From NCBI GenBank assembly GCA_049510745.1, contig JBEKYR010000019.1, positions 14,231-78,230 of the forward strand: a stretch of 64,000 bases of DNA, written 5' to 3'. The DNA comes from Verrucomicrobiota bacterium (lineage in GTDB: Bacteria; Verrucomicrobiota; Verrucomicrobiia; Limisphaerales; Palsa-1400). The translations under genes were made by a program, and so were the position numbers. The notes under the pieces are model-generated. The model was not told the DNA's origin, did no database searches, and was given only the letters and a program-made list of their open reading frames with translations. This document shows, piece by piece, positions 39,914-50,141 of this stretch. Within the stretch, counting starts at the first letter, position 1. Each line of letters begins with the position of its first letter.

Positions 39914-40249
39914 ATGAATATGAACAGCACCGAAAAACTCGCTGAACTCCGGGCACTCCAAGCCAAAGCTGACGTCATCCGCCAAGAACTCGGAATCAGT
40001 CCGCGGGGCCAATTGCTATTTCTGGCAACTCCAGATGCCATCTCCGCCGACGTGGTTGTCGTTGAACCCGACGGATTTGGTGGCGCAACAACAAGCGTTG
40101 TTGAGGGCAACTACCCAGTGGATTACGTTACGAAGTTTGAGAGGACTTTCCCGACTGAGGAAGAAGCTGTCGCGACCGCCGAAGCTCTGGCCTTCCAAGG
40201 CGCCAGCGCAAGCCAGGTCCTCGGCGCTCTTGCAGAGTCCGTTATTTGA
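39914..40249 (+). CDS. Small acidic hypothetical protein
   Basis: 111-aa ORF with an AT-rich upstream region and protein-like composition. Confidence 0.55.
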   Translation: MNMNSTEKLAELRALQAKADVIRQELGISPRGQLLFLATPDAISADVVVVEPDGFGGATTSVVEGNYPVDYVTKFERTFPTEEEAVATAEALAFQGASASQVLGALAESVI

Positions 40250-41174
40250 GGACGCTCGCATACTCTCGCCGAAACTCATCATATACTATGCGCAGCACCT
40301 TTTCGCGGTCTTCTTCGTCGTCAAATTGCTGGCCGAGCTTCATCAATTCAGCTTTCGAAATCGACTGAATCTTCATGTTGATGAGGAATTCCTTGAACTC
40401 TTGCCTGATGTCATCAATGACGAGAATGACGTTTCCATCCTCAAGTCGCTGCCGGTCGAAATTGGCCTGAAGTTCTGACACGATGGCATTGCACGTCTTC
40501 TGGCTTTCGACACGCAATTTCTTGATTTGATAAACCACCCCAAAATTGGTGGAAATGTCCACTCCCTTGTCATGGGCCGCGGCTCGTGAATCTCGATAAA
40601 TTTTGCAGGCAAACTTTTCAAGGTGAACGCGTAAGACTGCGAAACAGATGTACTCGAAGTTAGCGGGATTGATCTCAATATTCTGCTCCAAAAGCTTCAG
40701 GAACGCATCCCGGTCTGCGGCAAGTTGCGCGCGGAACTTCTTGTCCTCAAGCTTCGGAATCTCTCCGAGACGGCCGGCGATGTATTTTTGGATGTTTGAT
40801 TCCATCCAGGGAATCAATTCACGGGCAAATAGTGTGTAAGGAGCGAGCAACTCGTAGCCTTCGTCGAGAGGCTTGAGAACTCGATACTTTGGAAGGGTGC
40901 GCCTTGAATACGCATCCTCCCATTTCGCGCCGAAATGGAGCGAATGTCCCATGAAGTTCTTCAAGTAGCGGACTGCATCCGCGTAAGCTGACTGCGTCTC
41001 CGCTTCTGAGAACTTGGTCTTTCCCGTAGCTTGATGAACTTGGAGGAGGCCGAGAGTCAGTGTTGGCGCGATGACCTTTGTCTTTGAGCGTTTTAACATT
41101 AACGAGAACTCGCGCTGACAATCAGCGAGACCTGTCACTTCCGACCTCTTTTTGGCCTTTATCTGGTTCGCCAT
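40242..41174 (-). CDS. Restriction-endonuclease-like PD-(D/E)xK protein (Mrr/HaeII-like catalytic motif)
   Basis: NFEYICFAVL...HDKGVDISTNFGVVYQIKK; lower GC. Confidence 0.62.
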   Translation of the reverse strand: MANQIKAKKRSEVTGLADCQREFSLMLKRSKTKVIAPTLTLGLLQVHQATGKTKFSEAETQSAYADAVRYLKNFMGHSLHFGAKWEDAYSRRTLPKYRVLKPLDEGYELLAPYTLFARELIPWMESNIQKYIAGRLGEIPKLEDKKFRAQLAADRDAFLKLLEQNIEINPANFEYICFAVLRVHLEKFACKIYRDSRAAAHDKGVDISTNFGVVYQIKKLRVESQKTCNAIVSELQANFDRQRLEDGNVILVIDDIRQEFKEFLINMKIQSISKAELMKLGQQFDDEEDREKVLRIVYDEFRREYASVLK

Positions 41175-41564
41175 ATGAAACAAGCTTACGCAGCAATTCT
41201 CCGTTCTGCGAGCAAATTGCCATTGCCGAAAATGGCTCGAGGTGCGAATCTCAGCCTCCCGAATCGTTCAAGCGACATTGGGGTAGCTTTTTCATCATCA
41301 GCCGGGCCTGCAGCAGTCCTTTTTCGCCGCAATTTCATTACGACCCCGCCAAATCTCACGCCAAAAAAACATCGCGCTTTTCCTTCCGTAGGTTTTGCGA
41401 CTTGACTGAACTGTGCTGAAATCGGGCCATGATACGTTCAATGTCCAAAGGAACGGAGGGTGCCGGTGTGATGCGCTGGCGCCCCGCCGACCGGCATTCA
41501 GCCGAACCGCGAAGCGGCAAAAATTGCCGGTTCGGATCGCGTCCGACCAAGCCTCGGTCAAGGA

Positions 41565-41604
41565 AAATCAAACCAAATCAGACTAAATCAGACTAAATCA
41601 AACC
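41565..41604 (+). repeat. 10-bp tandem repeat AAATCA(A/G)AC(C/T) x4 upstream of proB
   Basis: aaatcaaacc aaatcagact aaatcagact aaatcaaacc. Confidence 0.8.
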
Positions 41605-41766
41605 CCAGAACAACAGGGGGAGGGGGGGGCCAAACCCAGCGGTCAAGCCTGGTCAAATCAAGCCACAGGGGTGGTCCAATCCGTGCCCGTCCATCCAGTC
41701 CATTCATTTGCTCATTCCCAAACTTGTAACTTTGGCCCGTTCACGGCATCCTTTCCCCGAAACGCA

Positions 41767-42840
41767 ATGCACCGTGCTTCGCTAAAAAATGCCACTCGCA
41801 TCGTGGTCAAACTCGGCACCGGCGTCCTGACCGACAGCCGGAAGCAGCCGGATTTGAACCAATTGACCCAGTTGGTCGCGCAGATCGCCGGCGTTCGCGC
41901 CCAGGGGAAACAGGTGGTCATCGTCAGCTCGGGCGCTGTGGGCGCGGGAATGGGGGTCCTGGGCTTTGAGAAACGGCCGGCGGACCTTTCCGCCTTGCAG
42001 GCCTGCGCGGCGGTCGGACAGCCGCGGTTGATGGGGATGTACGAAAAGCTCTTTGGCGAGGCGGGGTGCGGGGTGGCGCAGGTTTTGTTGACGCATAACG
42101 ATCTCGAGCATCACGAGTGCCATCTCAACGCCCGCAACACCCTGGTCACGCTCCTGCGTCACGGAGTCGTGCCGATCATCAATGAAAATGACGCGATCTC
42201 ATTTACGGAATTGAAATTCGGCGACAATGACAAACTGTCCGCGTTGGTCGCGTGCCTTTTGCCCGCTGACGCGCTGATTATTTTGACGACCGTCGATGGG
42301 TTGATCGAGAATTTCGGGAAAGCCAATCCCCGCACCATCAGCGTCGTCCAAAACCTGGACGCGACAGTGGAAAAGATGGCCCGGGGAACCGACAGCGCGA
42401 CGGCGGTGGGCGGGATGGCGTCGAAATTGCAGGCGGCCAAGATGGTGGTGCGCGCCGGGATTCCGCTGATCATCGCTTCGGGCAAAAAGAAGAGCGTGCT
42501 GGCGCGGATTTTGGAGGGCCAGGATGAGGGGACGATGTTTGTCGCCCACCCGGCGAAGTTGGCGGGGCGCAAGCGCTGGATTGCTTTTTTCCATCATACC
42601 AAAGGCGCGCTGTTTGTGGATGACGGCGCGAAAAAGGCGTTGCGCGAGAACGGCAGGAGCCTGCTGCCGCCGGGCGTGGCGCGGTGCGAGGGGGATTTCG
42701 CCGCCGGCGAGGTGGTGCGCATCTGCGATCTCGACGGCACCGAGTTTGCGCGGGGCATTTGCGATTTTGATTCCGGTGTCGTCAGCGCGCGCCAGACCCG
42801 GGAAGTTTTGGTGCATCGGGACAACCTCGTCATCTTGTGA
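41767..42840 (+). CDS. proB: Glutamate 5-kinase
   Basis: VVKLGT, VSSGAVGAG, PIINEND, FGDNDKLSA, GGMASKL and a PUA domain ending VHRDNLV. Confidence 0.96.
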   Translation: MHRASLKNATRIVVKLGTGVLTDSRKQPDLNQLTQLVAQIAGVRAQGKQVVIVSSGAVGAGMGVLGFEKRPADLSALQACAAVGQPRLMGMYEKLFGEAGCGVAQVLLTHNDLEHHECHLNARNTLVTLLRHGVVPIINENDAISFTELKFGDNDKLSALVACLLPADALIILTTVDGLIENFGKANPRTISVVQNLDATVEKMARGTDSATAVGGMASKLQAAKMVVRAGIPLIIASGKKKSVLARILEGQDEGTMFVAHPAKLAGRKRWIAFFHHTKGALFVDDGAKKALRENGRSLLPPGVARCEGDFAAGEVVRICDLDGTEFARGICDFDSGVVSARQTREVLVHRDNLVIL

Positions 42841-43496
42841 TGAAAGAGAATTCCGCCATCGGCGATTTGCTGAAGGTCATGGCCAGATTGCGCTCGCCGC
42901 GAGGCTGTCCCTGGGACCGCGAACAAAACCATGAAACCTTGCGCTACCACGCGGTCGAGGAGGTCTATGAACTGCTCGACGCCATCGAGGCGGGGGACGA
43001 TCACGAGATGGCGGAGGAATTGGGCGATTTGCTTTTGCAGGTGGTGTTCCACTGCCAGTTGGCCCGCGAACGGGGGGCGTTTGACTTCGAGCAGGTGGCG
43101 CGGCGCATCACCGACAAACTTTTGCGGCGGCATCCGCACGTTTTTGGCGCAGTCAAAGTCAAGAATGTGGATGAGGTCTGGGCCAACTGGGAAAAGATCA
43201 AGGCGGCGGAGAAGCACGGCACGCGGCACGCGCGGGCGTCGGCGCTGGACGGAATTCCCAAACATCTGCCGGCCTTGATGCGCGCGGAAAAACTGCTGAA
43301 AAAGGCGCGGAAGGCGAAGCTGCTCGAACCCGCCAAAGGCCCGCGGCCGGCCAAAGGCGCGCTGGCCCGGCGCCTCTTTGAACTGGCGCGCCAGGCCCAG
43401 GCCCGCGGCTGGTCCGCGGAGGATTTGTTGCGCCGCGAAGTCGGGAAACAGGAACGGGCGTTGCGGAGGCGCGAGCGCAGACAAGTTTCAACCTGA
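42837..43496 (+). CDS. mazG: MazG-family nucleoside triphosphate pyrophosphohydrolase (short form)
   Basis: GCPWDREQ, EEVYE, EELGDLLLQVVFH, RRHPHVF. Confidence 0.9.
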   Translation: MMKENSAIGDLLKVMARLRSPRGCPWDREQNHETLRYHAVEEVYELLDAIEAGDDHEMAEELGDLLLQVVFHCQLARERGAFDFEQVARRITDKLLRRHPHVFGAVKVKNVDEVWANWEKIKAAEKHGTRHARASALDGIPKHLPALMRAEKLLKKARKAKLLEPAKGPRPAKGALARRLFELARQAQARGWSAEDLLRREVGKQERALRRRERRQVST

Positions 43497-43544
43497 GAAA
43501 TTCCTTGTCGGCGGGGCGGGCCGGGGTTAGTTAAGCTCCAGTCT

Positions 43545-44654
43545 ATGACGGATCCTCGCTACGCCAAGTTGTCCGATTTGCTGGTCAAGTATTCCCTTGG
43601 CCTGAAGAAAAACGAACGCATTCTGCTGGAGATGACCGACGTGCCGGATGAGTTCACCGTCCAGTTGATGCGCGCGGCGCGGCGGGCCGGCGCCATCCCG
43701 CTGGTGGAAACCCGCCATACCCGCGTCACCCGCGAAGTCCTCCGCGGCGCCACCGGCCCGCACGCCGCCCTGGTGCGGGAGGTGGAACTGTTCCGCATGA
43801 AACGCGTGCAGGCCTACATCGCGGTGCGCGGGGCCGGCAACGCGAGCGAATCGGCCGATGTCCCGAGCGACCTGATGGCGCTCTATTCCAAGGCCACCCG
43901 GCCGGTGCATGATTACCGTGTCAATAAAACGCGCTGGTGCGTCCTGCGCTGGCCGAGCGCGAGCATGGCCCAGGCGGCGAACATGAGCACCGAGGCCTTC
44001 GAGGATTTTTATTTCGACGTTTGCACCATGAATTACCCCAAAATGGCGCGGGCCATGATCCCTTTGCAGAAGCGCATGAACCGCGCCGACCGCGTCCACA
44101 TAAAAGCCCCCGGCACGGACCTGCGCTTCAGCATCAAGGGCATCGGCGCGCTGCTGGCGGAGGGCAAACGCAACATCCCCGACGGCGAGGTGTTCTCGTG
44201 CCCGGTGAAGGACTCGGTGGAGGGCGTCATTCAATACAACACGCCGACGCTTTATGCGGGGACGAAGTTTGAGAATGTCCGGCTGGAGTTCAAGGAGGGG
44301 CGGATCATCCAGGCGACGGCGAACAACACCAAGCGCCTGAACGAAATCCTGGACACCGACGCCGGCGCGCGTTACGTGGGGGAGTTTTCCCTCGGCTTCA
44401 ATCCCTACATTCTCAACCCGATGTGCGATATTTTGTTTGACGAAAAGATCGCCGGCTCGCTCCACTTCACCCCCGGCCAGGCCTACCAGCAGGCGGACAA
44501 CGGCAACCGCTCGGCCGTGCATTGGGACATGGTGCTGATCCAGCGCCGGGAGTGGGGCGGCGGGGAAGTCTGGTTCGACGGCGAACTGATCCGCCGGGAC
44601 GGCCTGTTCGTGCCGCGGGATTTGCAGCCGCTGAATCCGAAGAATCTGAAATAA
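43545..44654 (+). CDS. M29-family aminopeptidase
   Basis: NIPDGEVF, VGEFSLG, LFDEKIAGSLHFTPGQAY, SAVHWDMV. Confidence 0.93.
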   Translation: MTDPRYAKLSDLLVKYSLGLKKNERILLEMTDVPDEFTVQLMRAARRAGAIPLVETRHTRVTREVLRGATGPHAALVREVELFRMKRVQAYIAVRGAGNASESADVPSDLMALYSKATRPVHDYRVNKTRWCVLRWPSASMAQAANMSTEAFEDFYFDVCTMNYPKMARAMIPLQKRMNRADRVHIKAPGTDLRFSIKGIGALLAEGKRNIPDGEVFSCPVKDSVEGVIQYNTPTLYAGTKFENVRLEFKEGRIIQATANNTKRLNEILDTDAGARYVGEFSLGFNPYILNPMCDILFDEKIAGSLHFTPGQAYQQADNGNRSAVHWDMVLIQRREWGGGEVWFDGELIRRDGLFVPRDLQPLNPKNLK

Positions 44655-44659
44655 GCCGT

Positions 44660-45535
44660 TCAGCCCTTGAGGATGACCAGGAACTGCTTCATGGCCGGGG
44701 AGAGCACCTTGTTCTTTTTGTAAATCGCCGCCAGCGGCCGCACCAAGTCCACCCCCTCGATCCTCGCTTCCGCCAGGGTTTGTTTGGCGATTTCCTGCGT
44801 GATCGTCCCCTGCGGCACAAGCGAGATGCCGGCATCGATCTCCACCGCGCGTTTGACCGTCTCAATGTTGTCGAACTCCATCACCGTCTCCACTTGCACA
44901 TTGTGGTCCCGGAGCACCCGGTCGATCGCTTTGCGCGTCGGAATGTCCGGCTCGAAACTGATGAATTTTTGCCCGGCCAATTGCGAGAGCTTGATCGACT
45001 TTGCCTTGGCCAGCGGATGGGTGGGATGGCAGATGAGCACCAGCGTGTCCTTGCGCAAGGGGACCAACTCGATCTTGGGGTCGCGCGTCGGATACGCCAC
45101 CAAGCCCACATCGACCACGTTGCCCAGCACGTCCTCATAGACCTGGTTGGCCCGGCGGTATTCGATGTGGACGTTGACAGTGGGATAGGTCTTGAGAAAC
45201 TTTTTCAAATAGGGCGGCAGCTCGTGCAGGCCGATGCTGTAAATGGTGGCCACGCGAATGGTGCCCGAAATGATGTCCTTGATCTCCTGCAGGCGGTTTT
45301 CGAGCGAGTCGTAGATTTGGATGATCTGCTTGCTGTAGGTGTAGAGCACCTGGCCCTCGCGCGTGAGGCGGAATTTCTTCTTGCTCCGCTCGATGAGGAG
45401 CGACTTGAACTGGCGTTCCAGCGAGCTGATCTGCTGGCTGACGGCCGATTGGGTGACGTTATTGATCTGGGCCGCCTTGGTGAAGCTCTCCGTGTCGGCC
45501 AGATCACAATAAACTTTTAAGCTCTCGATCTGCAT
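44660..45535 (-). CDS. LysR-family transcriptional regulator
   Basis: SFTKAA...TQSAVSQQISSLE HTH plus substrate-binding domain. Confidence 0.95.
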   Translation of the reverse strand: MQIESLKVYCDLADTESFTKAAQINNVTQSAVSQQISSLERQFKSLLIERSKKKFRLTREGQVLYTYSKQIIQIYDSLENRLQEIKDIISGTIRVATIYSIGLHELPPYLKKFLKTYPTVNVHIEYRRANQVYEDVLGNVVDVGLVAYPTRDPKIELVPLRKDTLVLICHPTHPLAKAKSIKLSQLAGQKFISFEPDIPTRKAIDRVLRDHNVQVETVMEFDNIETVKRAVEIDAGISLVPQGTITQEIAKQTLAEARIEGVDLVRPLAAIYKKNKVLSPAMKQFLVILKG

Positions 45536-45676
45536 GCGTTAATTCAACATCCGCGCCAGGATAATGTCAACTTATGATATGGCACAAGTGTTTTTTTGCA
45601 AAAACCGGCCTCTGAAGACCTCACCGCCCCCCACTGGACGCGCCTCCGCGGCGCCCGGTCCAGGGAGCGGGGAGGC

Positions 45677-47974
45677 TTATTCCGAAAGGACCTGTTTGAC
45701 CTTGCGCAAGAGGTCCTGGCTGGTGAAGGGCTTTTGCAGATACCCCTCCTGCTCCGGAGAGTCGGCGGAACGCACGTAGCCGCTGGACCAGAGAATGCGC
45801 GTCCCCGGCTTCAGGCGCAGGATATGCTCAGTCAGTTCCCGTCCGCTCATGCTCGGCATGACCAGGTCGGTGATCACCAGGTCGATCTTTTTCTTCGAGC
45901 CGGAGAATATTTCCAGCGCCTTCTGCCCGCTGTTCGCGGTCAGGACGGTGTAACCGTAGGAGGAGAGGACCATCTGCCCCATCGTCAACAAGAGGTCTTC
46001 GTCATCGACAAAGAGCACCGTCTGGGTGCCGGTCAGGTCGGTGGGCGAAACGGGGGCCTCGCGCACGATCCGCCTGCTGGCCGGCAGATAGAGGCGCACG
46101 GTGGTGCCGACCTCCGGCTGGCTGGAGACCGCCACGCCGCCGCCGTGATTGGTGACGATGCCATAGACCCAGGCCAGGCCCAGCCCGCGATGGCGCGAGC
46201 CTTTGGTGGTAAAGAACGGCTCGAAAATGCGCGGCATCACCTCCGGCGCGATGCCTGCGCCCGTGTCGGAGAGTTCCACGCAGACGTAGTTGCCCGCGTT
46301 CAATTTCGCGGTGTGATCCTGGGTCGGCTCGGACAATTGGAGATTGCGCGTCTGGACGTTGATTTTTCCCTCGGCTTTGATCGCTTCGACGGCGTTTTCC
46401 AAGAGCTTGACGATGGCCTGCTGCATTTTGGCTTCGTCAAAACTGGCGGTAAAAAGTTTCCGCTCCAACTGGCGCGAGAGGGTGATCGGTTTTTGCAGCG
46501 AACCCTGGAAGGCCTCGATGGTCCGTTCCAGCAGATTGTTCAGGTTGCCGGCCACCTGCACCCGCGCGTCTTTTTCCTGGCGGCTGAACGCGGCCAGGTC
46601 GTTGGCGATCTCGGCCGCTTTGGCGGCGGATTTCTCGATCTCCACCAGTGAATTGCGCCAGGGATGGCTGCTTTCGGTCTTGCTCAACAAAAGCGAAGCA
46701 TGCCCCAGAATGCTGGTCAGGGCGTTGTTGAAATCCAGCGCCACCGAGCGCGCCAGTTGCAGGGCGCAATCGAGTTTTTGCTTGTGCGCCAGGCTGGCTT
46801 CCACGGCGGCCGAACCGCCGGCGGCCGCGGCGGGTGGAGCTTCCAGTTTGGGCGGCGGGGCCGCGGGCGCGGCGGGCGCCGGCTCCTTGAGCAATTGGAG
46901 CAAACAAACATCCTCGCGCGCCGTCCCGCACAACTGCGCCACAAACACCGCCGGCAACCCGCTCTTGAGTCCGAACTTCAAGGCGGGCGGCTCCTCGCGC
47001 GGGGGCAGGCTGAGAAACTGCTGGGGCGAGTCCTGGTTTTGGAACGACCAAATCATGGCCAGATTTCCATCCTCCTTTTCGATCCCGGCTCCGAAGGCGC
47101 GCACGGCCGCGCGATTGGCGCGCAACACCTTCCCGGTCTTCGTCACCAGCACCGCAGGCCAATCCGCATTTTGCAGGACAAACTCATCCTCGCCGTTCCC
47201 GGTCGCAACGGGCGGAGGGGATGCCGGCGCCGGCGCCTCACTCCGAACCTCGGCGGGGAACATCTGTAACAGCGCGCCGCCCGCGCCGGCGGCGGGACAT
47301 AATTGCAGCCGGAAAGGCGCCATCGTCCCCTGCTCCACCCGGAATTTCAGAGAAGCCGTGGATTCCTTCCGCGGCTCGGACAACAACTTCTCCAGGGATT
47401 CCGCGTCTTCGCAAGCACACAGCGCCGTCAAAGCGGCGCCTGCGGCCGTCGCCTTTGCGCCAAAGAGACGCTCCGCCGCCTGGTTGGCGCGGACAATGCC
47501 GGCGCGCGCGTCCACCAGCAAGACCGCCCAGCTTGCGTTAGCCAGGCCAAACGGCAGGCTGCCCTTCTCCGCGGCGGCGGATGGGACAGGCGGCGGAAGA
47601 GCCTCTTTGGGCGGCGGCGCATACGACAATTCCGGAAAAGCCGCGCCGGAATCCTTGAACAATTGCAAAACCAAATATGGATGACCCTCCCGCACCACCT
47701 TGACCAGATGAGCGACGAACTCCGCCGTGCCGCCGCCCGCGACGCGCAGTTTGACCCGGGTTGTTCCGCCATTGGACGGATCGCGCAGCAGACTGTCCAG
47801 CGGCGTCTGGTTTGCCTGGTCCCAGATCGAAGCCAGGTCGGGGCGGTCCGGGCGGCTGGAGAAGTCAAAGACGCGGCGCGCCGCCTGATTGATCCGGCGA
47901 ATGCTGCCGTTTTCCTCCAGGAGCATGGCCGGCCAGGCCGCTTGTTCGAGAACGAAATCCGTTTCGCGCTTCAT
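45677..47974 (-). CDS. Hybrid PAS-like / histidine-kinase-like / receiver protein with the H-box His replaced by Leu
   Basis: VALDFNNAL H-box, NAVEA, DTGAGI, IFEPFFTTK, GLGL; receiver VDDE...ITDLVMP; three PAS-like repeats. Confidence 0.88.
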   Translation of the reverse strand: MKRETDFVLEQAAWPAMLLEENGSIRRINQAARRVFDFSSRPDRPDLASIWDQANQTPLDSLLRDPSNGGTTRVKLRVAGGGTAEFVAHLVKVVREGHPYLVLQLFKDSGAAFPELSYAPPPKEALPPPVPSAAAEKGSLPFGLANASWAVLLVDARAGIVRANQAAERLFGAKATAAGAALTALCACEDAESLEKLLSEPRKESTASLKFRVEQGTMAPFRLQLCPAAGAGGALLQMFPAEVRSEAPAPASPPPVATGNGEDEFVLQNADWPAVLVTKTGKVLRANRAAVRAFGAGIEKEDGNLAMIWSFQNQDSPQQFLSLPPREEPPALKFGLKSGLPAVFVAQLCGTAREDVCLLQLLKEPAPAAPAAPPPKLEAPPAAAAGGSAAVEASLAHKQKLDCALQLARSVALDFNNALTSILGHASLLLSKTESSHPWRNSLVEIEKSAAKAAEIANDLAAFSRQEKDARVQVAGNLNNLLERTIEAFQGSLQKPITLSRQLERKLFTASFDEAKMQQAIVKLLENAVEAIKAEGKINVQTRNLQLSEPTQDHTAKLNAGNYVCVELSDTGAGIAPEVMPRIFEPFFTTKGSRHRGLGLAWVYGIVTNHGGGVAVSSQPEVGTTVRLYLPASRRIVREAPVSPTDLTGTQTVLFVDDEDLLLTMGQMVLSSYGYTVLTANSGQKALEIFSGSKKKIDLVITDLVMPSMSGRELTEHILRLKPGTRILWSSGYVRSADSPEQEGYLQKPFTSQDLLRKVKQVLSE

Positions 47975-48046
47975 CCTGCGAGGGGAAGACTACCCTTTTT
48001 TGCGGAGGGCACCAAACAAAATTGGCGGGAAGTTGACCAAGCCCTC

Positions 48047-48529
48047 TCAAGGCAATGGGCCGAGCCGCGGATCAGCCTTGAACACCCGGTGCTTGCCGAT
48101 GCTGATCTTTTTAAAGTCCGGATGCGCGGGATTCAGGATATAGTTGAACTCTTCCGGCACGACCGCACTGGGCAGTTTCAGCACGGCGGATCTCCCGGAG
48201 CGCACCCAATTGTCGCCAACAGCCGCGTTGGTTTTCGGGTAAGGCCACCGCTTCCAGCCCGCGGGCAGTTTCGGGGGTGACCAGACCAGGGCGGCATCGA
48301 ACTCGATTTCAATAATGACCGACCGAGGCGCCGGCCACTGGGTCAAATTAGCCCTCCATTCGAGGATCGCCAATGAGATCGCACTGGATGTGTAAACAAC
48401 AGCGACTCCCGTGGAATTCCAACGGCCGCTATACTGCCAAGCCCCGTCGCCTGAAAACGCGGCGCCAACGAATTGACGTTTCAGGATGCGGTAAGCTTGA
48501 ATTCGCACCCCTGAGGCAACGCGGTTCAT
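48047..48529 (-). CDS. RES-domain toxin
   Basis: FSGDGA...GRWNS, VYTS, AILE, PSAVVP..NYILNP.H. Confidence 0.9.
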   Translation of the reverse strand: MNRVASGVRIQAYRILKRQFVGAAFSGDGAWQYSGRWNSTGVAVVYTSSAISLAILEWRANLTQWPAPRSVIIEIEFDAALVWSPPKLPAGWKRWPYPKTNAAVGDNWVRSGRSAVLKLPSAVVPEEFNYILNPAHPDFKKISIGKHRVFKADPRLGPLP

Positions 48530-48951
48530 GAATAGACGCCGTGCTCGATTCGACCCAAAATGTTATCCAACTCCCGCAGGCCGACCGCCGTTCGCGCGTA
48601 CGCCAGCGGGGTTGCCCAACCCAGAGCCTGAATGGGATTCTTAAACCAGTGAATGGCGGCGGGTTCGCTTTCGAGCACATTCACCGCGCGATAAAACAGC
48701 CGGGAAAGCTCCCAAAGCCGCTCAGACTCGTTCAAGTTGAGCAATCCCTCATCCAGACGGCGCTGAAAGGTCCGCGGATTCAGACGCAGCAATCCGGCCA
48801 TATCCTCCAGAGTGACTTCAAATTTGTGGGCCAACTCGCGCGCCAGCGATGCCGGCAAGCCGTTGGTAATGGCCTCAATGAGTTGCGCTTGGGGGAGTTC
48901 TTCAAGCTCCGTGAGCGTCTCCACGCTTTTGTCTGCAATTTCGTTTGCCAT
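48526..48951 (-). CDS. Xre/MbcA/ParS-type antitoxin
   Basis: HTH region, WFKNPIQALGWATPL and a LGRIEHGVYS end; overlaps the RES gene start. Confidence 0.9.
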   Translation of the reverse strand: MANEIADKSVETLTELEELPQAQLIEAITNGLPASLARELAHKFEVTLEDMAGLLRLNPRTFQRRLDEGLLNLNESERLWELSRLFYRAVNVLESEPAAIHWFKNPIQALGWATPLAYARTAVGLRELDNILGRIEHGVYS

Positions 48952-49083
48952 TCTGTCAGTCAGGATACGCCAAATTGTCCATCTGTCAAGGGCAGACAAC
49001 CGCTTGAGACCTGGGTGGGCGCATCTCAGCAACTCAGTCACCCGTCAGGACTTCGGGAGCCAGCGCCTCGATCCACCCTGGAA

Positions 49084-49213
49084 AATGACGAATGACGAAA
49101 CCCGAATGTCTAAAGAATGCTCAAATGACTCAATGACGAAAAGTCGGCCCGCCTGAATTTCGTCATTGGGGCTTCGTCATTCCTTCGTCATTAGAGCTTA
49201 GACATTCGTCATT
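49084..49213. repeat. Long imperfect palindrome of AATGACG(AA) units
   Basis: aatgacgaatgacgaa...aatgacgaa mirrored by ttcgtcatt repeated four times. Confidence 0.85.
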
Positions 49214-49478
49214 CTTGCGGGCCTGTCGGCGGCCAGTCATAAACACTCATTGCCAATAGGGTTGCTAAAAATCGGGATGCGCCCGTTGTCGGTCGAAGAT
49301 TGGGGTTTCATGGGCGGCGTTGTCAGAGGAGTGTGAAGCTGTGCCCACAGAGAAGCAATTTGACCGGCGCGCGTTCGGGTTATGGATGAATTTTTTTGAT
49401 TTTCCTTGCGTTTGCCGTGGAATTCCTTTAAGGTGCTTTTGGGAATCGGGTTTTGAAGTGCGAAAGGCACATGACAGT

Positions 49479-50141
49479 ATGGCGGGTTTAACTTCAGCGC
49501 GTCCGACCGGGTCCGGGGATTCGAACGCGGCAGGGCGGCGTTTGCTTCACATTCCGGTCATTCACAGCCAGGCGGAGATGGGCAGCCTCAGTCCCACAAT
49601 CCAGGCAATCACGGTGCGGAAGCTGGGCGCCAAAGGATGGGAGCGCAACGTGAGCTTGATTGATGGCATCTGGACGCAAATCGAGCAAACGATTGACCGC
49701 TGGTCGCTGCCCTACGAGAAAGTGCGCCTCTACCAGGATGGGTTGCCGGTATGCGGGCGGGAACTGGAGATTGTCTCGGAACTGGCCAAGGCCGGCAGCC
49801 GCAACCACCAACTGCTGCTGCGCCTCAAGGAACGCGGCGCCACCCTGATGGGAACCGAATCGGCCGGCCTGCTGGTGCAGGAGTATAATCTGAGCAAACA
49901 AATGCTGGCAGCCAACGACTCGGCGACGGCTGCGCGCTGGGAGTCCCGCCACCAGGAGAGCAGCCGTTCCTTGCTCAAACGCCGCGACCAAGCCATCGCC
50001 GAACGGATCAACCACACGCTCTGCCGGGGTGAAATCGGCCTGTTGTTTTTGGGGATGTTACATTCCTTGGAGCGCTGGCTGGCTCAGGACATCCAGGTCA
50101 CCCATCCGCTTTATCCGCCATCTTTGGGGGGACACTCATGA
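49479..50141 (+). CDS. Hypothetical protein of the gas vesicle regulatory operon
   Basis: HIPVIHS, LYQDGLP, RDQAIAERI, FLGMLH; coupled to the NtrC-type gene. Confidence 0.65.
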   Translation: MAGLTSARPTGSGDSNAAGRRLLHIPVIHSQAEMGSLSPTIQAITVRKLGAKGWERNVSLIDGIWTQIEQTIDRWSLPYEKVRLYQDGLPVCGRELEIVSELAKAGSRNHQLLLRLKERGATLMGTESAGLLVQEYNLSKQMLAANDSATAARWESRHQESSRSLLKRRDQAIAERINHTLCRGEIGLLFLGMLHSLERWLAQDIQVTHPLYPPSLGGHS

